Shown one piece after another: positions 9,501 through 19,351 of a DNA stretch of 64,000 nucleotides. The translations under genes and the position numbers were made by a program. The DNA comes from an uncultured Verrucomicrobiae bacterium (GTDB lineage: Bacteria; Verrucomicrobiota; Verrucomicrobiia; Chthoniobacterales; Chthoniobacteraceae). The stretch covers positions 103,506 through 167,505 of the forward strand of contig CAWIKF010000001.1 in the NCBI GenBank assembly GCA_963836755.1, read 5' to 3'. Position 1 is the stretch's first letter, and each line of letters opens with the position of its first letter. The notes under the pieces are model-generated. The model was not told the origin of the DNA. It was given only the letters and a program-made list of their open reading frames with translations, and did no database searches.

Positions 9501-10837
9501 ATCGAGGCGGGCACGTCTCCCTTGAAGGGGATACTGGCCTCGACCGCGTCTTCGCGTTCGATTGCCAGGGGATTGTAGACCGCGACTGGCGTGCCCTGCG
9601 CACTGGTATCCATGCGGGAGATGACTGCAGCGGAAGCCGTTTCCGTAACGGAAGCGAATTGGTTCAGGGCCAGCACCTCGTCGTTCCACGAGTATTCGTA
9701 AGCTTTCGGCACGCTCGTGCCGGGCATGATGTCGTGCATTTGTGAACCCAAGACGAGGTCCCATCCTTGGTAGAGTGGGTCATAAGGGTAGGCGAAAGCA
9801 CCAAGCCAGGAAGCGGTCGTCGCCGCCCCTTCGGCTGCAGCCGCAAGTTGCTCGTTTTTGCGGTTCCAACGCTTCATGTAAGCCTCCGAACTGAGCGATC
9901 CAGCCGAGTGATTGACCAACTCGAGTTCGCCCGTATAGGTGGGTAATTTGGCTGCGTCAGCGGGCGTGAGATCGCGGAAGATTTGATCGGAACTGCCTTC
10001 GATGACCCGCACCGGGCCGCCGCTGACCAGCGCGCGCTCCACCCAATCGACCGTGGATGCCTTGGCGGCGCCGCCTCGATCACCGATGCCAAAATATTTG
10101 AAGTCGGCGTAAATGCCGGAATTGTCCCCGTCCTCGGTAATGCGCTTGAGCCACATCGGGCTCTTGCTGAGGTCCTCGTTGATTTGATTGCCGTAGCCGC
10201 CCGGGTTCAGCGCGGCCATCACTGATGAGCCATCTGGGCCATACCAGACACCGACATTGAAAGGTATGCCCACGGCCGAGCCCCAAGTCAGTTTTTGGGT
10301 GGAGAATCCCTTGAGGCCGCCATGCGCCATGATCGTCGGCAAAGAGGCGGGAAAACCAAAGCAATCCGGCAGGATGAAATCGTCATTTTGCTTTCCGAAC
10401 TCGTGCTCGAAGAAATGATTTCCGTAAAGAAAGTGGCGGGTGACCGATTCGAGTGAGGGGATGTTGACGTCGCATTCATCGACTGATGATCCCGATGGCA
10501 CCCACCGACCTTCGGCCACATATTTTATCACCTTCGCATAATCCTCCGGATAGTATTCCTTCATGAATTCGTAACGGCGCGAGCCAGTGAAGTTGAAGAC
10601 GTAGTTGGGATACTTTTCCAGAAGAGGAAAATTCTGCTCCATCGTGTTCAGGATATAGTCCCGAGTGGTTTGCGGATAAGTCCAACGCCACTCCGTATCC
10701 AAGTGGGCGTAACCCATGATATAGAGGTTTTTGTCGTGCGCGAAGTCAACCGGTTTGAGAGGTAACTTTTTATAGTCCTCGCCTAGGAGCGAAACGGTGG
10801 TGAGGCAAAGACCAACAATCAGGATGGAAAATTTCAT
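6503..10837 (-). CDS. GH38 alpha-mannosidase with C-terminal CHB_HEX_C-like, Ig-like and LamG-like modules
   Basis: 1444-aa ORF with signal peptide and GH38 N-terminal signature (MGYAHLDTEWRWTY, QMHDIMPGTS). Extra C-terminal modules recognised by HYTLDGSDPT (chitobiase-C-like), an Ig-like repeat and a concanavalin/LamG-like end. Confidence 0.88.
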   Translation of the reverse strand: MKFSILIVGLCLTTVSLLGEDYKKLPLKPVDFAHDKNLYIMGYAHLDTEWRWTYPQTTRDYILNTMEQNFPLLEKYPNYVFNFTGSRRYEFMKEYYPEDYAKVIKYVAEGRWVPSGSSVDECDVNIPSLESVTRHFLYGNHFFEHEFGKQNDDFILPDCFGFPASLPTIMAHGGLKGFSTQKLTWGSAVGIPFNVGVWYGPDGSSVMAALNPGGYGNQINEDLSKSPMWLKRITEDGDNSGIYADFKYFGIGDRGGAAKASTVDWVERALVSGGPVRVIEGSSDQIFRDLTPADAAKLPTYTGELELVNHSAGSLSSEAYMKRWNRKNEQLAAAAEGAATTASWLGAFAYPYDPLYQGWDLVLGSQMHDIMPGTSVPKAYEYSWNDEVLALNQFASVTETASAAVISRMDTSAQGTPVAVYNPLAIEREDAVEASIPFKGDVPASITAYDSQGQPVPTQILAHDSNSLKVLFIAKAPSLGYAIYDLRPGAGPISEPKLNVTENSLENARYRVTLNAAGDIASIFDKSLKRELLSAPARLSINPENPPAYPSWNMYYEDRVKPARNYVSGPAKFRIAENGPARVTLEVKRVTENSVFTQEIRLAAGSAGDRVEILNNIDWRSLEASLRADFHFAAGNPDGAFEDKVGVVKRGNNNPKCFEMSQQQWMDLTDTGGAFGVSVLNDSKYGSDKPDDHTLRTTMIYTPAPGRGPNDQASQDIGRHEILLALAAHQRDWVAGHTPTQAARLNQPLRAFLPAAHAGALGKTFSLLSLGSDQVQIMAVKQAEDSKEIVVRFKELTGKPATGLLLHGATAITAAREIDAQERSVGSATVTNGALSFDMKGYGLRAFAIKLAPPTAAVEAVTSQSVPLAYDTDVASSRAKRDDGAMDGNGGTYPAEMFPQQLTREGVEFKLGPIANGARNALAAHGQKLEIPAGEFNRVHLLVAADGDASSQIKIGNADHPFDVPNWTGFIGQWDNRVWDPADTGAYSEAQADAFNVEHKDPPIGLTPGFIKRTPVAWFATHHNTPQGDAYYEFSYLFQLSYDLPKGAKNLTLPDNPKIRVFAVSVSRQPAATPPAAPLYDTLADHLMGGAPIIPQAGQTFANATKISLIPPLYYHPHDLHYTLDGSDPTAASPVYDGPFYKADTVNIAVRQIDTGGRQGPITRGMINIHDTNPPQLLSAFTDKAKSLILAFSEPLDNATASDAKNYTIQPPAPVTTVSLSPDGMTATLVFDSPLISGTSYTVALHGIKDTAPAANQMVPVTKPFKADNIIYSLAAAKLPAETVTKPVSDLPVHQKDAWTMNVFVRAEAKPEQRVILVGFGKAEDKTSVAAGARYLAVYPDGIEFWHGGKNVKTNSPLDVGRWQMLTVTFNGDNVALYKDGESIGKAHARFGADADPIISVGATDPWEHQHAFEGSIKNFTLRRGALSEKEVKALFSQSQKSGE

Positions 10838-11015
10838 AGTTTAAGACATTTGAGGGCGAAGCTGGGATCAACACTAACCCGGGATATCGGAAAAAGTTTC
10901 GCGAGTATTTGCCGCCGAAGTGATTATGCGAAGATATTTTTCTGAGGTGCCACCGGCCAGCGGGTGAATCGACTCCCGTCTTTTTCAATGAAGACCTCGA
11001 CGCACAGGAGCAACA

Positions 11016-13421
11016 GTGTTAAGACTAACCGTGTTGCTCGATATGAAACCTCCAATGCCTTTTCGCATCGTCAGGGGACTTTTGCTCGTAGGATTCTTAA
11101 CCCTGTCTTGTAGCGCGTCAAAGGCCAAAGACCCTGCAGATTACGTCAATCCGATGATTGGGACTTCTAGCATGAATCCGACAAAGGAGGAGAGAGCCCG
11201 ACTTCCGCAAATGGACCCGAACTTTGATGGGTTTCATGGCAAGCTTTTTCCCGGTGCATGCACGCCTGCGGGAATGGTGCAGCTTAGCCCAGATACCATC
11301 ACCGGCGGAGATAATGGCGCCGGTTATTGTTATCCGCACTCAACAATACAAGGCTTCAGCTTTCAACATATGAGTGGCGTAGGAGCGAACGGGGACTTGG
11401 GAAATTTCATGGTGATGCCCACGACGGGTCCACTCCAAACGTGGTATGGTGAAACGGACAGGCCCGGAACCGGCTACCTTTCCTCCTATACAAAAGGCAG
11501 CGAGGTCGCCAAGGCCGGTTACTATGCGGTCACCCTGGATGATTACAAAGTAAGGGCTGAGATGACCGCGGCTCCCCGCAGCGGCATTCTGCGCTTTACG
11601 TTTTCCAAGGATCCGGCGGCCCGGATTCAGATCGACTTGGCTCGACGGATCGGCGGCACATCACTTCATCAAACGGTGAAGGTAGTCGACGATCATACAA
11701 TTGAGGGAAAGATCGACTGCACTCGTCAGGGTGGCGGCTTTATGGGCGGCAAGGTGGCCTATTCACTTTACTACCACGCGGAGTTCAGCCGGCCGCTGAA
11801 AAGTTTCGGAGTTTGGAGCGCCACTTTACCGGCTAACTACAAAGCGCCAAGCACGGCAAAGCCGGAATTTGTTAAAGCCTGTCAGGCTGCCGAAAAGCTG
11901 CCGGGATGCCGGGAGAAGGAAGGCGAGCACCTTGGCTTTTATGCTGAATTCCCAACCGAAGATAAGGACGTGATTATGCTTAAAGCTGGCATTTCGTATG
12001 TCAGCATCGACAACGCCCGCGCCAATCTCGCCGCGGAAATACCCGCTTGGGATTTCGACGCTGCACGCCAGCAGGCGCACGACCTTTGGGTCAAAGCTCT
12101 CAATCGCGTGTCGGTAGAAGGAGGCACCGAGGATCAAAAAACCATTTTCTACACCTCGATCTATCACGCGCTAGTCGATCCGCGGATTTACTCCGACATC
12201 AATGGCGACTATCCCGGCGCCGACGGCAAGGTCCATCAGGCGAAAGGCTTCATCAAACGCACTGTTTTCAGCGGCTGGGATATCTATCGCAGCCAGTTTC
12301 CATTATTGACGATCATTGCTCCAGATATCATTAACGATCAAATCAACAGCGTGGTCGATCTGGCTGAGCAGAACGGCACCCATTATTTCGATCGCTGGGA
12401 ATTGTTCAATTCCTACACCGGATGCATGTGCGGAAGCCCGGAGGTGATAGTGATCAATGATGCCTATCAAAAGGGCATTCGTAACTTCGACGTGGCCAAA
12501 GCCTACGAATACTCGGTCAATACCTGCAACAAAGACGGCAACAAACCCGGTTCGCATGGAGTCTCGGTTCCTTTGGAAAACAATTTTGCGGCTTGGAACC
12601 TATCGAAGTTGGCCGCTTCTCTCGGGAAAGCCGATGATACGAAAAAGTATTTGGATCGGGCGCAGGAGTATCATCTCCTCTTCAATCCCGATGCGCCGTG
12701 GACCTATGACAAGTCAGGCAAGACGGAGCATCGCGATTGGAAAGGTTGGTTTTGCGATAAGGACAAGAACGGAAATTGGGTGCCATGGGAGGGGCTTACT
12801 TCCGGCAAGGGCGGGATGGAATCGACCATTTTCCAGAACGGCTGGTTTGTCCCTCACGATATTCCCGGTTTGATCCAACTTCTCGGCGGTAAGGACCAGT
12901 TCGTGGCCAAGCTGAGCGATTTCTTTGACCGCACGCCCAAGCTCAACAGGTGGAACTCTTACTACAACCAGTCCAATGAGCCGAGTCACCTCATTCCGTT
13001 TCTTTTCAATCGGGCCGGCGCGCCTTGGCTGACGCAAAAATGGGTGCGTCGCATTTGCACGGAAGCCTACGGGGCTAGTCCGAATGGACTTAGCGGCGAC
13101 GATGACGAGGGCCAGGTCTCGGCTTGGTATGTTCTTGGCGCAAGCGGCCTGGCTCAGGCTTGCCCGGGTGATCCCCGTTATGAGATTTTCACTCCGCTTT
13201 TCGACAAGGTTACTTTGAATCTCAATGCCAAATACTCAAAGGGAAATGCCTTTGTCATCACAGCCAAGAACAATTCTCCCGAAAATGTTTACATCCAATC
13301 GGCTACGCTCAACGGTCAACCGATCAACCGCTGCTGGTTGAGTTATTCTGAAATAACGGATGGGGGAACACTCGATCTCATCCTAGGTCCTCAGCCGAAT
13401 ACGAGTTGCGGCGTTCAATAA
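11016..13421 (+). CDS. GH92 alpha-mannosidase
   Basis: 801-aa ORF. Starts at GTG 11016; ATG 11043 gives a lipoprotein-like signal ending LTLSC. GH92 hallmarks SNEPSHLIPFLFNRAGAPWLTQKW and GLSGDDDEGQVSAWYV. Confidence 0.9.
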   Translation: MLRLTVLLDMKPPMPFRIVRGLLLVGFLTLSCSASKAKDPADYVNPMIGTSSMNPTKEERARLPQMDPNFDGFHGKLFPGACTPAGMVQLSPDTITGGDNGAGYCYPHSTIQGFSFQHMSGVGANGDLGNFMVMPTTGPLQTWYGETDRPGTGYLSSYTKGSEVAKAGYYAVTLDDYKVRAEMTAAPRSGILRFTFSKDPAARIQIDLARRIGGTSLHQTVKVVDDHTIEGKIDCTRQGGGFMGGKVAYSLYYHAEFSRPLKSFGVWSATLPANYKAPSTAKPEFVKACQAAEKLPGCREKEGEHLGFYAEFPTEDKDVIMLKAGISYVSIDNARANLAAEIPAWDFDAARQQAHDLWVKALNRVSVEGGTEDQKTIFYTSIYHALVDPRIYSDINGDYPGADGKVHQAKGFIKRTVFSGWDIYRSQFPLLTIIAPDIINDQINSVVDLAEQNGTHYFDRWELFNSYTGCMCGSPEVIVINDAYQKGIRNFDVAKAYEYSVNTCNKDGNKPGSHGVSVPLENNFAAWNLSKLAASLGKADDTKKYLDRAQEYHLLFNPDAPWTYDKSGKTEHRDWKGWFCDKDKNGNWVPWEGLTSGKGGMESTIFQNGWFVPHDIPGLIQLLGGKDQFVAKLSDFFDRTPKLNRWNSYYNQSNEPSHLIPFLFNRAGAPWLTQKWVRRICTEAYGASPNGLSGDDDEGQVSAWYVLGASGLAQACPGDPRYEIFTPLFDKVTLNLNAKYSKGNAFVITAKNNSPENVYIQSATLNGQPINRCWLSYSEITDGGTLDLILGPQPNTSCGVQ

Positions 13422-13440
13422 CAGCCTGCTACCTTTATCC

Positions 13441-15705
13441 ATGCACAAGATATCGCGGATCATATTGGCGTGGCTCATCGTTTCCGTGTCCATGCGGGCT
13501 GACGAAGCGAATCCAACGAGCTCTCCAGCGCTTCTAAAGTATGTTAACATTCTTCAGGGAGTTGACTCCACCAGAGGGTTATCGCACGGCAATACCCTTC
13601 CTCTGGTTGGTATGCCCTGGGGAATGACCGATTGGACTATTCAGGATCCAAAGGCGTTCTTGAATCCCAAGGGCAAAGTTTCGGGTTTTCGCGCCACCCA
13701 TGAACCGAGCCCTTGGATGGGAGACTACGGCCAATTCGTCCTGATGCCACAGAGTGGTGTGTTAGCGATGGACACCAAATCCCGTGCTTCTGAATACGAT
13801 GCCAGTAGTCTTGTCTTGGAGCCTGATTATGAACGGGTTGATTTCACTAAATACCGGGTCACCTCGGAACTAACTCCCACCGAGAGATGCGCTGTTTTTC
13901 GTCTTACCTACCATCAGGGTGATACCGGCAGGTTGCTTTTCAATGCTTCTGGAGGATCTGAGATCCAGATTGAGGGCCGCACCATCAGGGGCTCGAGTCG
14001 AATCACTCATATCACTCATGGAGTTGGTCCTGGGAACTCTTCTCATTTTTTCGTCATCGAATTGGACCGCGAGATTACTAAGAATGACACTTTCATCAAC
14101 AACATCGCGACGGGTGCGAGTTCTGCGACGGGAAATAATGCCGCGGGTTACGTAGAGTTTAAGATCACTCCTAATGTCCCAGTCGAAGTGCGGGTGGGGA
14201 CCTCCTTCATCAGTTGGGAACAAGCGGAGCAAAATCTCCAGTCTGAAACCTCCCGAGGATTCGATGCGGCACGTTCCCTGGCGCACAAAACGTGGAATGA
14301 CAGCCTAGGTGCAATTTCAATCGATGCCAGCGAGGCTCAGAAACGGACTTTTTATTCCTGTCTCTATCGAGCCCAAATGTTTCCCCGCCGTCTCTACGAG
14401 TTAAATTCAGCAGGAAAACCGATCCATCATAGTCCCTACGATGGAAAGATCCATGAGGGCGTTTTGTATGGAGATATCGGTATCTGGGACGCGTTCCGGA
14501 CAACCTTCCCGTTGATCACTATTCTTTACCCCTCGCAAGTCGCTGAGATTCTTCAGGGCTTTCTCAACGCTTCCAAGGAGGGAGGCTCGCTGCCAGAATG
14601 GCCCAGCCCAGGATATCGCGATTGCATGATCGGTGAGCACTGCGCGGCTATCTTTGCCGACGCGGTCGTCAAGGGCATAACCGGGTTTGATGTGGCAAGC
14701 GCATACCAGTCGCTTAAAAAAAGCGCTTTCGAGCCGCCTGCACATGGTGTGCTGGTGAGAAGGGGTTTGGGCGATTACATGAAGCTCGGTTACATCCCGA
14801 ACGGAGCCAGCACGTATGCCCTCTCCGCCACTCTCGATTATGCATACGATGACTGGTGTGTCGCGCAGATCGCCAAGCAGCAGCACGAACCCGACGTTTA
14901 TCAGTCGCTCATGAAGCGCTCCCAAAATTATCGTTTCCTCTGGGATCCCAAGGTGGGTTTTATGCGTCCTAAGAATGCCGATGGCCAATGGGTTGAGCCC
15001 TTTGATGAATTTGCCTGGGGAGGCTCCTATGCAGAGAGCGGCCCCTGGCAAAGCAGCTGGTTTGTGCCCCACGATCCGGCAGGCTTGATCGGTCTGATCG
15101 GCGGGCCGGAAAAGATGACGGCAAAACTAGATGCCATGCTGGCAATACCGCCTACTTTTCACGTGGGCGGGTATGGCCACGTCATCCATGAAATGACGGA
15201 AATGGCCGCGGCTCATTTTGGGCAATATGCTCAGTCTAATCAGCCGTCCTTCGATAATCTCTATCTTTTCACCGCAGCTGGGCAGCCGTGGAAGACGGAA
15301 TACTGGACGCGGCGCGTTTGTGCGGAGATGTTCGATTCTAGCCCCAGGGGTTTTCCCGGCGATGAAGATAATGGGTCGATGGCTAGCTGGTTCATCCTTA
15401 GCTCCGTTGGTCTCTATCCATTTTGTCCTGGCACTTCGACCTACCTCTTTACCAGCCCTCAATTTTCTAAAGTCACCTTGCATCTCCCCAGAGATAGAGA
15501 GTTTGTCATCACGGCTCCGACCAACAGTGACAAAAATGTCTATGTGCAAAGCCGCACCTTAAATGGCAGCGACTACACACAGACAGGCATTCCCTACAGC
15601 GAGATTATGCAAGGTGGCGTAGTGAATATGGAAATGGGGCCAGAGGCGAAGACCCGTTCGGTGGAGGCCCATGATTTGCCCTACTCGGCAACTCCGTATA
15701 AATAG
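13441..15705 (+). CDS. GH92 alpha-mannosidase (second paralogue)
   Basis: 754-aa ORF with signal peptide. SNQPSFDNLYLFTAAGQPWKTEYW and GFPGDEDNGSMASWFI motifs. 19 nt downstream of the first GH92. Confidence 0.9.
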   Translation: MHKISRIILAWLIVSVSMRADEANPTSSPALLKYVNILQGVDSTRGLSHGNTLPLVGMPWGMTDWTIQDPKAFLNPKGKVSGFRATHEPSPWMGDYGQFVLMPQSGVLAMDTKSRASEYDASSLVLEPDYERVDFTKYRVTSELTPTERCAVFRLTYHQGDTGRLLFNASGGSEIQIEGRTIRGSSRITHITHGVGPGNSSHFFVIELDREITKNDTFINNIATGASSATGNNAAGYVEFKITPNVPVEVRVGTSFISWEQAEQNLQSETSRGFDAARSLAHKTWNDSLGAISIDASEAQKRTFYSCLYRAQMFPRRLYELNSAGKPIHHSPYDGKIHEGVLYGDIGIWDAFRTTFPLITILYPSQVAEILQGFLNASKEGGSLPEWPSPGYRDCMIGEHCAAIFADAVVKGITGFDVASAYQSLKKSAFEPPAHGVLVRRGLGDYMKLGYIPNGASTYALSATLDYAYDDWCVAQIAKQQHEPDVYQSLMKRSQNYRFLWDPKVGFMRPKNADGQWVEPFDEFAWGGSYAESGPWQSSWFVPHDPAGLIGLIGGPEKMTAKLDAMLAIPPTFHVGGYGHVIHEMTEMAAAHFGQYAQSNQPSFDNLYLFTAAGQPWKTEYWTRRVCAEMFDSSPRGFPGDEDNGSMASWFILSSVGLYPFCPGTSTYLFTSPQFSKVTLHLPRDREFVITAPTNSDKNVYVQSRTLNGSDYTQTGIPYSEIMQGGVVNMEMGPEAKTRSVEAHDLPYSATPYK

Positions 15706-15745
15706 CGGGTAGTTTAGTCAAAGTCCCGTGCCCGAGTTTTCATCG

Positions 15746-16531
15746 CTAATCTGACGAACGCGGGACGGTCAATCGCTTGATGCCTTCCACAGTAAAGTCG
15801 GCGTCGGTGTAAGTCACATCATGCCGGATGCGAGAGCCATCGAGTTCGGTGGATGAACCGGGTCGCGGGCCGCGCACGGTAAGATTTGCAGGGATCTGAT
15901 GGCCGGCGTCGGCGACGACTCGGGTAGTGTCGATGCGGCGGAGTAATTGCCCGGAACTAGAATATTTCTCGACGCGGAGTGGGACGATGCGCCGTGTGTC
16001 GATCCAGCTTCTCACGCTGCCATAGGTGGAGCGTTCGCCTTTGCCGGGCTTTGATTCGAGGATCTGGCAGTTCACGCCGTCCACGTCTTCGGCACCGACT
16101 ATCGCCTGCCGGTCCCACGCGAAAAAGTTCTCGACGATGTCTTCATACGAAAGGTCGCTGCCGAGCAGCGATGCTTTCACGTCTTCGATTGCGCGTAAGG
16201 TGTCCGGCGGCACGAAGGCGGAACCGCTGGCCGGGCGGTTGCCGATCTTCCGCAGCAGCACGGACTCGCCTTTGCGCTCTTTCGGGAAAAGGACCTGATA
16301 GACGACTTCGGTCGCGCTCGCGGTGCGGCGCTGTTTGATCTGAAGCTGGAGAGTTTCCTCCGCGGCGCCTTTGATGTCCATTTTCAAACGCACATAAGAC
16401 GCGCCGCCCTGCTGGAGTGCGCTGAGGCGGGAGGCGAGTTCGCTTGCACTGGCCGGTGCTGCGTCGCCGGCGGCATGCACCTTGAAAGCGATAGCGACGC
16501 TCATGATCGAGATCAGACGGAAGGAGTTCAT
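15746..16531 (-). CDS. LolA-like outer-membrane lipoprotein-sorting family protein
   Basis: 261-aa ORF with signal peptide and the LLGSDLSYEDI motif typical of LolA-like (PF17131-type) proteins. Last gene of the PKS/ABC operon. Confidence 0.75.
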   Translation of the reverse strand: MNSFRLISIMSVAIAFKVHAAGDAAPASASELASRLSALQQGGASYVRLKMDIKGAAEETLQLQIKQRRTASATEVVYQVLFPKERKGESVLLRKIGNRPASGSAFVPPDTLRAIEDVKASLLGSDLSYEDIVENFFAWDRQAIVGAEDVDGVNCQILESKPGKGERSTYGSVRSWIDTRRIVPLRVEKYSSSGQLLRRIDTTRVVADAGHQIPANLTVRGPRPGSSTELDGSRIRHDVTYTDADFTVEGIKRLTVPRSSD

Positions 16532-16544
16532 ACGATTTGATTCG

Positions 16545-17660
16545 TCAGCCCTGCAGCGCGTGGCTCGGTGTCAGCCGAGAGCTGCGCCACGCGGGATAGA
16601 GGCCGCTGAAGACTCCGACGACGACAGCGATGGCGACGGAGGTGGCGAGGAGGCGCGGGTTCAAGTCGGGTTCGAGCAGCCCGCGGATGGCGGGTGTATT
16701 GACGAGAACTTTTACGCCGACGATTCCGATCAGCGCTCCGCCGATGCCGCCGAGAAATCCGAGCAGCGCCGACTCCAACAAAATCATGCGGACGATGCGG
16801 CTGCGTTTCCAGCCGATGGCGAGCAGGACGCAAATTTCCTGTGTGCGCTCGAACACGGTCATCAGCATCGTGTTCATCACACCGAGCACGCCGACAAGCA
16901 CGGCGAGCAGCGACGTGCCCCAGCTCATCGCGCGAATCATTTTGTAAGCCTGGCTGTCCCGGATGTGTTCGCCAGCAACGACGGCGCGCGCCTCGGGCAC
17001 CACGCTGGTGATCTTTTCGCAAAGCGCGGTTACTTCGTCTTTCGTCGTGCCGGCTGTGACGCGCAGGTCGATGATGTTGATCTTGCCTTCGTTACCCGTG
17101 AGCGACTGGAGCAGCGGCAGCGAGAGAATGACCGAGCCATTCTCGACCACTGCGCCGCCGTCCACGATGCCGACGACTGCGAGCTCCTCGGTTTCGAGCT
17201 GGAGCTTTTCCCCGACTTTCTTTTGCAAGATTTCCGCCGCGGTCTTGCCGAGCACGACAGCTTTCTCGGCCGCGTCCTTTGGCATTCGGCCGGACACGAG
17301 CTTGAGATTATTCCACGAAAAGCCTCTCCACTGCCGTGCGGAGACGATCATCATGTCGGCCTTTTCAACGCTCATCAAATCGACGAGGAGTGCACACGTT
17401 TCCGCGACGTGCGGCAACGGCGTGATGCGCTCGACGACGGACGCCGGGAACGGCTTCGGCGTGAGTGCGCTGCCCATGTTGCTCACCACCACGTCGGTGC
17501 CGCGCATTTTCATGCCCGTCTCCCAGCTCGTCTCGAAGCCGCGCGAAATCCCGACCAGCGCGACAACGGCGGCGATGCCGATGGAGATGCCGACGATGGT
17601 CAGCCCGGTGCGAACCGGACGCCGCATGAGTCCGCGAGTGACGACGGTGAGAAAAGTCAT
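16545..17660 (-). CDS. ABC transporter permease, FtsX/MacB-like
   Basis: 371-aa ORF: N-terminal TM, large periplasmic loop, C-terminal FtsX-type three-TM bundle. ATGA overlap with the ATPase stop. Confidence 0.88.
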   Translation of the reverse strand: MTFLTVVTRGLMRRPVRTGLTIVGISIGIAAVVALVGISRGFETSWETGMKMRGTDVVVSNMGSALTPKPFPASVVERITPLPHVAETCALLVDLMSVEKADMMIVSARQWRGFSWNNLKLVSGRMPKDAAEKAVVLGKTAAEILQKKVGEKLQLETEELAVVGIVDGGAVVENGSVILSLPLLQSLTGNEGKINIIDLRVTAGTTKDEVTALCEKITSVVPEARAVVAGEHIRDSQAYKMIRAMSWGTSLLAVLVGVLGVMNTMLMTVFERTQEICVLLAIGWKRSRIVRMILLESALLGFLGGIGGALIGIVGVKVLVNTPAIRGLLEPDLNPRLLATSVAIAVVVGVFSGLYPAWRSSRLTPSHALQG

Positions 17661-18358
17661 GATTGGTTGAGCCCGTCGGCGGCGATGCGTCCGTCCTTCA
17701 TCTCGATGACGCGGGCGGCCTGGCGAGCGATTCCCATGTCATGCGTCACGAGGATGAGCGTGAAATTTTGCTCGCGCCGCAAACGCACGATGAGGTCGAG
17801 AACGATCGCGGCATTTTCGCTGTCGAGATTGCCCGTCGGTTCGTCGGCAAGCAGCACCGATGCGCCATTCGCGAGGCTGCGCGCGATCGCGACACGCTGG
17901 CGTTCGCCGCCGGAAAGCTTCGCGGGAAAATGGTGCTGCCGTCCTTCGAGACCGACGAGCTTGAGCAATTCCGACGCGCGCTGTTTTCGCTCGGAGGCGG
18001 AGCGCTGTGTTTCGAACATCGGGATCTGCACATTCTCGATCGCCGTGAAAGTTGGCAGCAGATGAAAAGCCTGAAAGATGAAGCCGATCTCGTGCGCGCG
18101 GTAGGAGGCTAGGTCGCCATGCGCCGCCAGCGAGGCACCGCGATAGCGCAGCTCGCCGGAGCTGGGATGATCGAGTGCGCCGAGCATTTGCAGCAGCGTG
18201 GATTTTCCCGAACCACTCTGCCCGACGATCGCCACGAACTCACCCTGACTGATACGAAAGTCTACGCCGCGGAGTGCCTGCACCTGCCCATCGTCGTATT
18301 CCTTTTTCAGTCCAATCGCTTCGAAAACGCAGGCCGCGCCGTCAGTGGGAGACGGCAT
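17657..18358 (-). CDS. ABC transporter ATP-binding protein (LolD/MacB type)
   Basis: Walker A GQSGSGKST, signature LSGGERQRVAIARS, Walker B LLADEPT. ATG 18358 shares one base with the desaturase TGA (TGATG). The track ORF extends to 18415. Confidence 0.92.
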   Translation of the reverse strand: MPSPTDGAACVFEAIGLKKEYDDGQVQALRGVDFRISQGEFVAIVGQSGSGKSTLLQMLGALDHPSSGELRYRGASLAAHGDLASYRAHEIGFIFQAFHLLPTFTAIENVQIPMFETQRSASERKQRASELLKLVGLEGRQHHFPAKLSGGERQRVAIARSLANGASVLLADEPTGNLDSENAAIVLDLIVRLRREQNFTLILVTHDMGIARQAARVIEMKDGRIAADGLNQS

Positions 18359-19347
18359 CAGTTCAATGCCTGCTTCGCCATTTCCTGTCGCGTCGTTCTC
18401 GTCACTCCCAGCCACTGCGCGCCAACGCGCGGGTCTGGCAAATTGACGAAGAGGTCGTGCAGCGCCGCGCGAAAGGTGCGAAAGGGCGGGCGGTCTTCCG
18501 GCGCCGTCGGTGCGAGCGCCTCGACGTGCTGCGGCAGCTCGGGATGCGGCAGGCCGCTGCGCCAGTGATGCACGCCGTGATATGGCTCGTGGAGCAGCGT
18601 GAAGCAGATGAACTTTGCCTGCCAGCCTTCGGCGATAATGCTGCGCGTCGAGCTATTCACGGTGGCGCCGGTGAGGCCGACGTGTTCGACGTATTTGCGC
18701 AGGCTCTGCATATTCGCCGCAAGCCACGCGGGGATGAAATACATCCACCAAAAATATTTCCATGAGCCAAGCATCGCGTCCGTCGTGAGGATCGCCGTCC
18801 ACACCACCGCGATGATCGCGAATTCAATCCAAATCCGCCGGCGCAATTTCTTGTTCCGGATGGGCGAGCCTTTCCGCAAAAAAGTTCGCATGAAAAGGAA
18901 CGGCGTGAAAAAAATTCCCATCGCCAATTCGAGCAGCGCGGCGCCGACGCGTATCCACCGCGGCTTCTGCGGATGCACGAAAGGCCACAGCTCCTCATCG
19001 CGCTCAGACGCGAGGTAGGCGTGGTGCAATTGGTGCGCCGCGCGGTAGAGGCTGAAGCTCATCAGGCTGAAGACACCGAGGATGATGCCGCCAATTTCAT
19101 TGAGCTGCCGGTTCTTGCGCAGCAGCCCGTGCGAGGCCTCGTGAAAGCCGATCAACAGCCCGTGCATGAGGTGGCTCACCATGAGCGCGAGCGGCACGGC
19201 GAGCCAGTAGTTGTTGCGATATAACGCGAACACGAGTGCGGCTTGCATGAAAAAGAAAAGCGCTTCGAGCACGGCAAAAGCCGCCCGGCTGATCCAGTGC
19301 GGTTCGTGCGCTTCGACTGTTTGCTCGGCGGTGATGGCGGTATGCAT
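18358..19347 (-). CDS. Membrane fatty-acid desaturase family protein
   Basis: Three His boxes HEASHG, HQLHHAY, HGVHHW plus TM helices. ATG 19347 lies 5 nt after the upstream stop. The longer track ORF (to 19623) runs through the upstream gene. Confidence 0.88.
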   Translation of the reverse strand: MHTAITAEQTVEAHEPHWISRAAFAVLEALFFFMQAALVFALYRNNYWLAVPLALMVSHLMHGLLIGFHEASHGLLRKNRQLNEIGGIILGVFSLMSFSLYRAAHQLHHAYLASERDEELWPFVHPQKPRWIRVGAALLELAMGIFFTPFLFMRTFLRKGSPIRNKKLRRRIWIEFAIIAVVWTAILTTDAMLGSWKYFWWMYFIPAWLAANMQSLRKYVEHVGLTGATVNSSTRSIIAEGWQAKFICFTLLHEPYHGVHHWRSGLPHPELPQHVEALAPTAPEDRPPFRTFRAALHDLFVNLPDPRVGAQWLGVTRTTRQEMAKQALN

Positions 19348-19351
19348 CGCT

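Noticed and set aside
16482-18065. 527-aa plus-strand ORF opposite the ABC permease and ATPase genes
   Set aside because: Arg/Ala/Asp-rich low-complexity translation with no motifs. It lies antisense to two genes with unambiguous ABC motifs. This is a typical shadow ORF of high-GC DNA.
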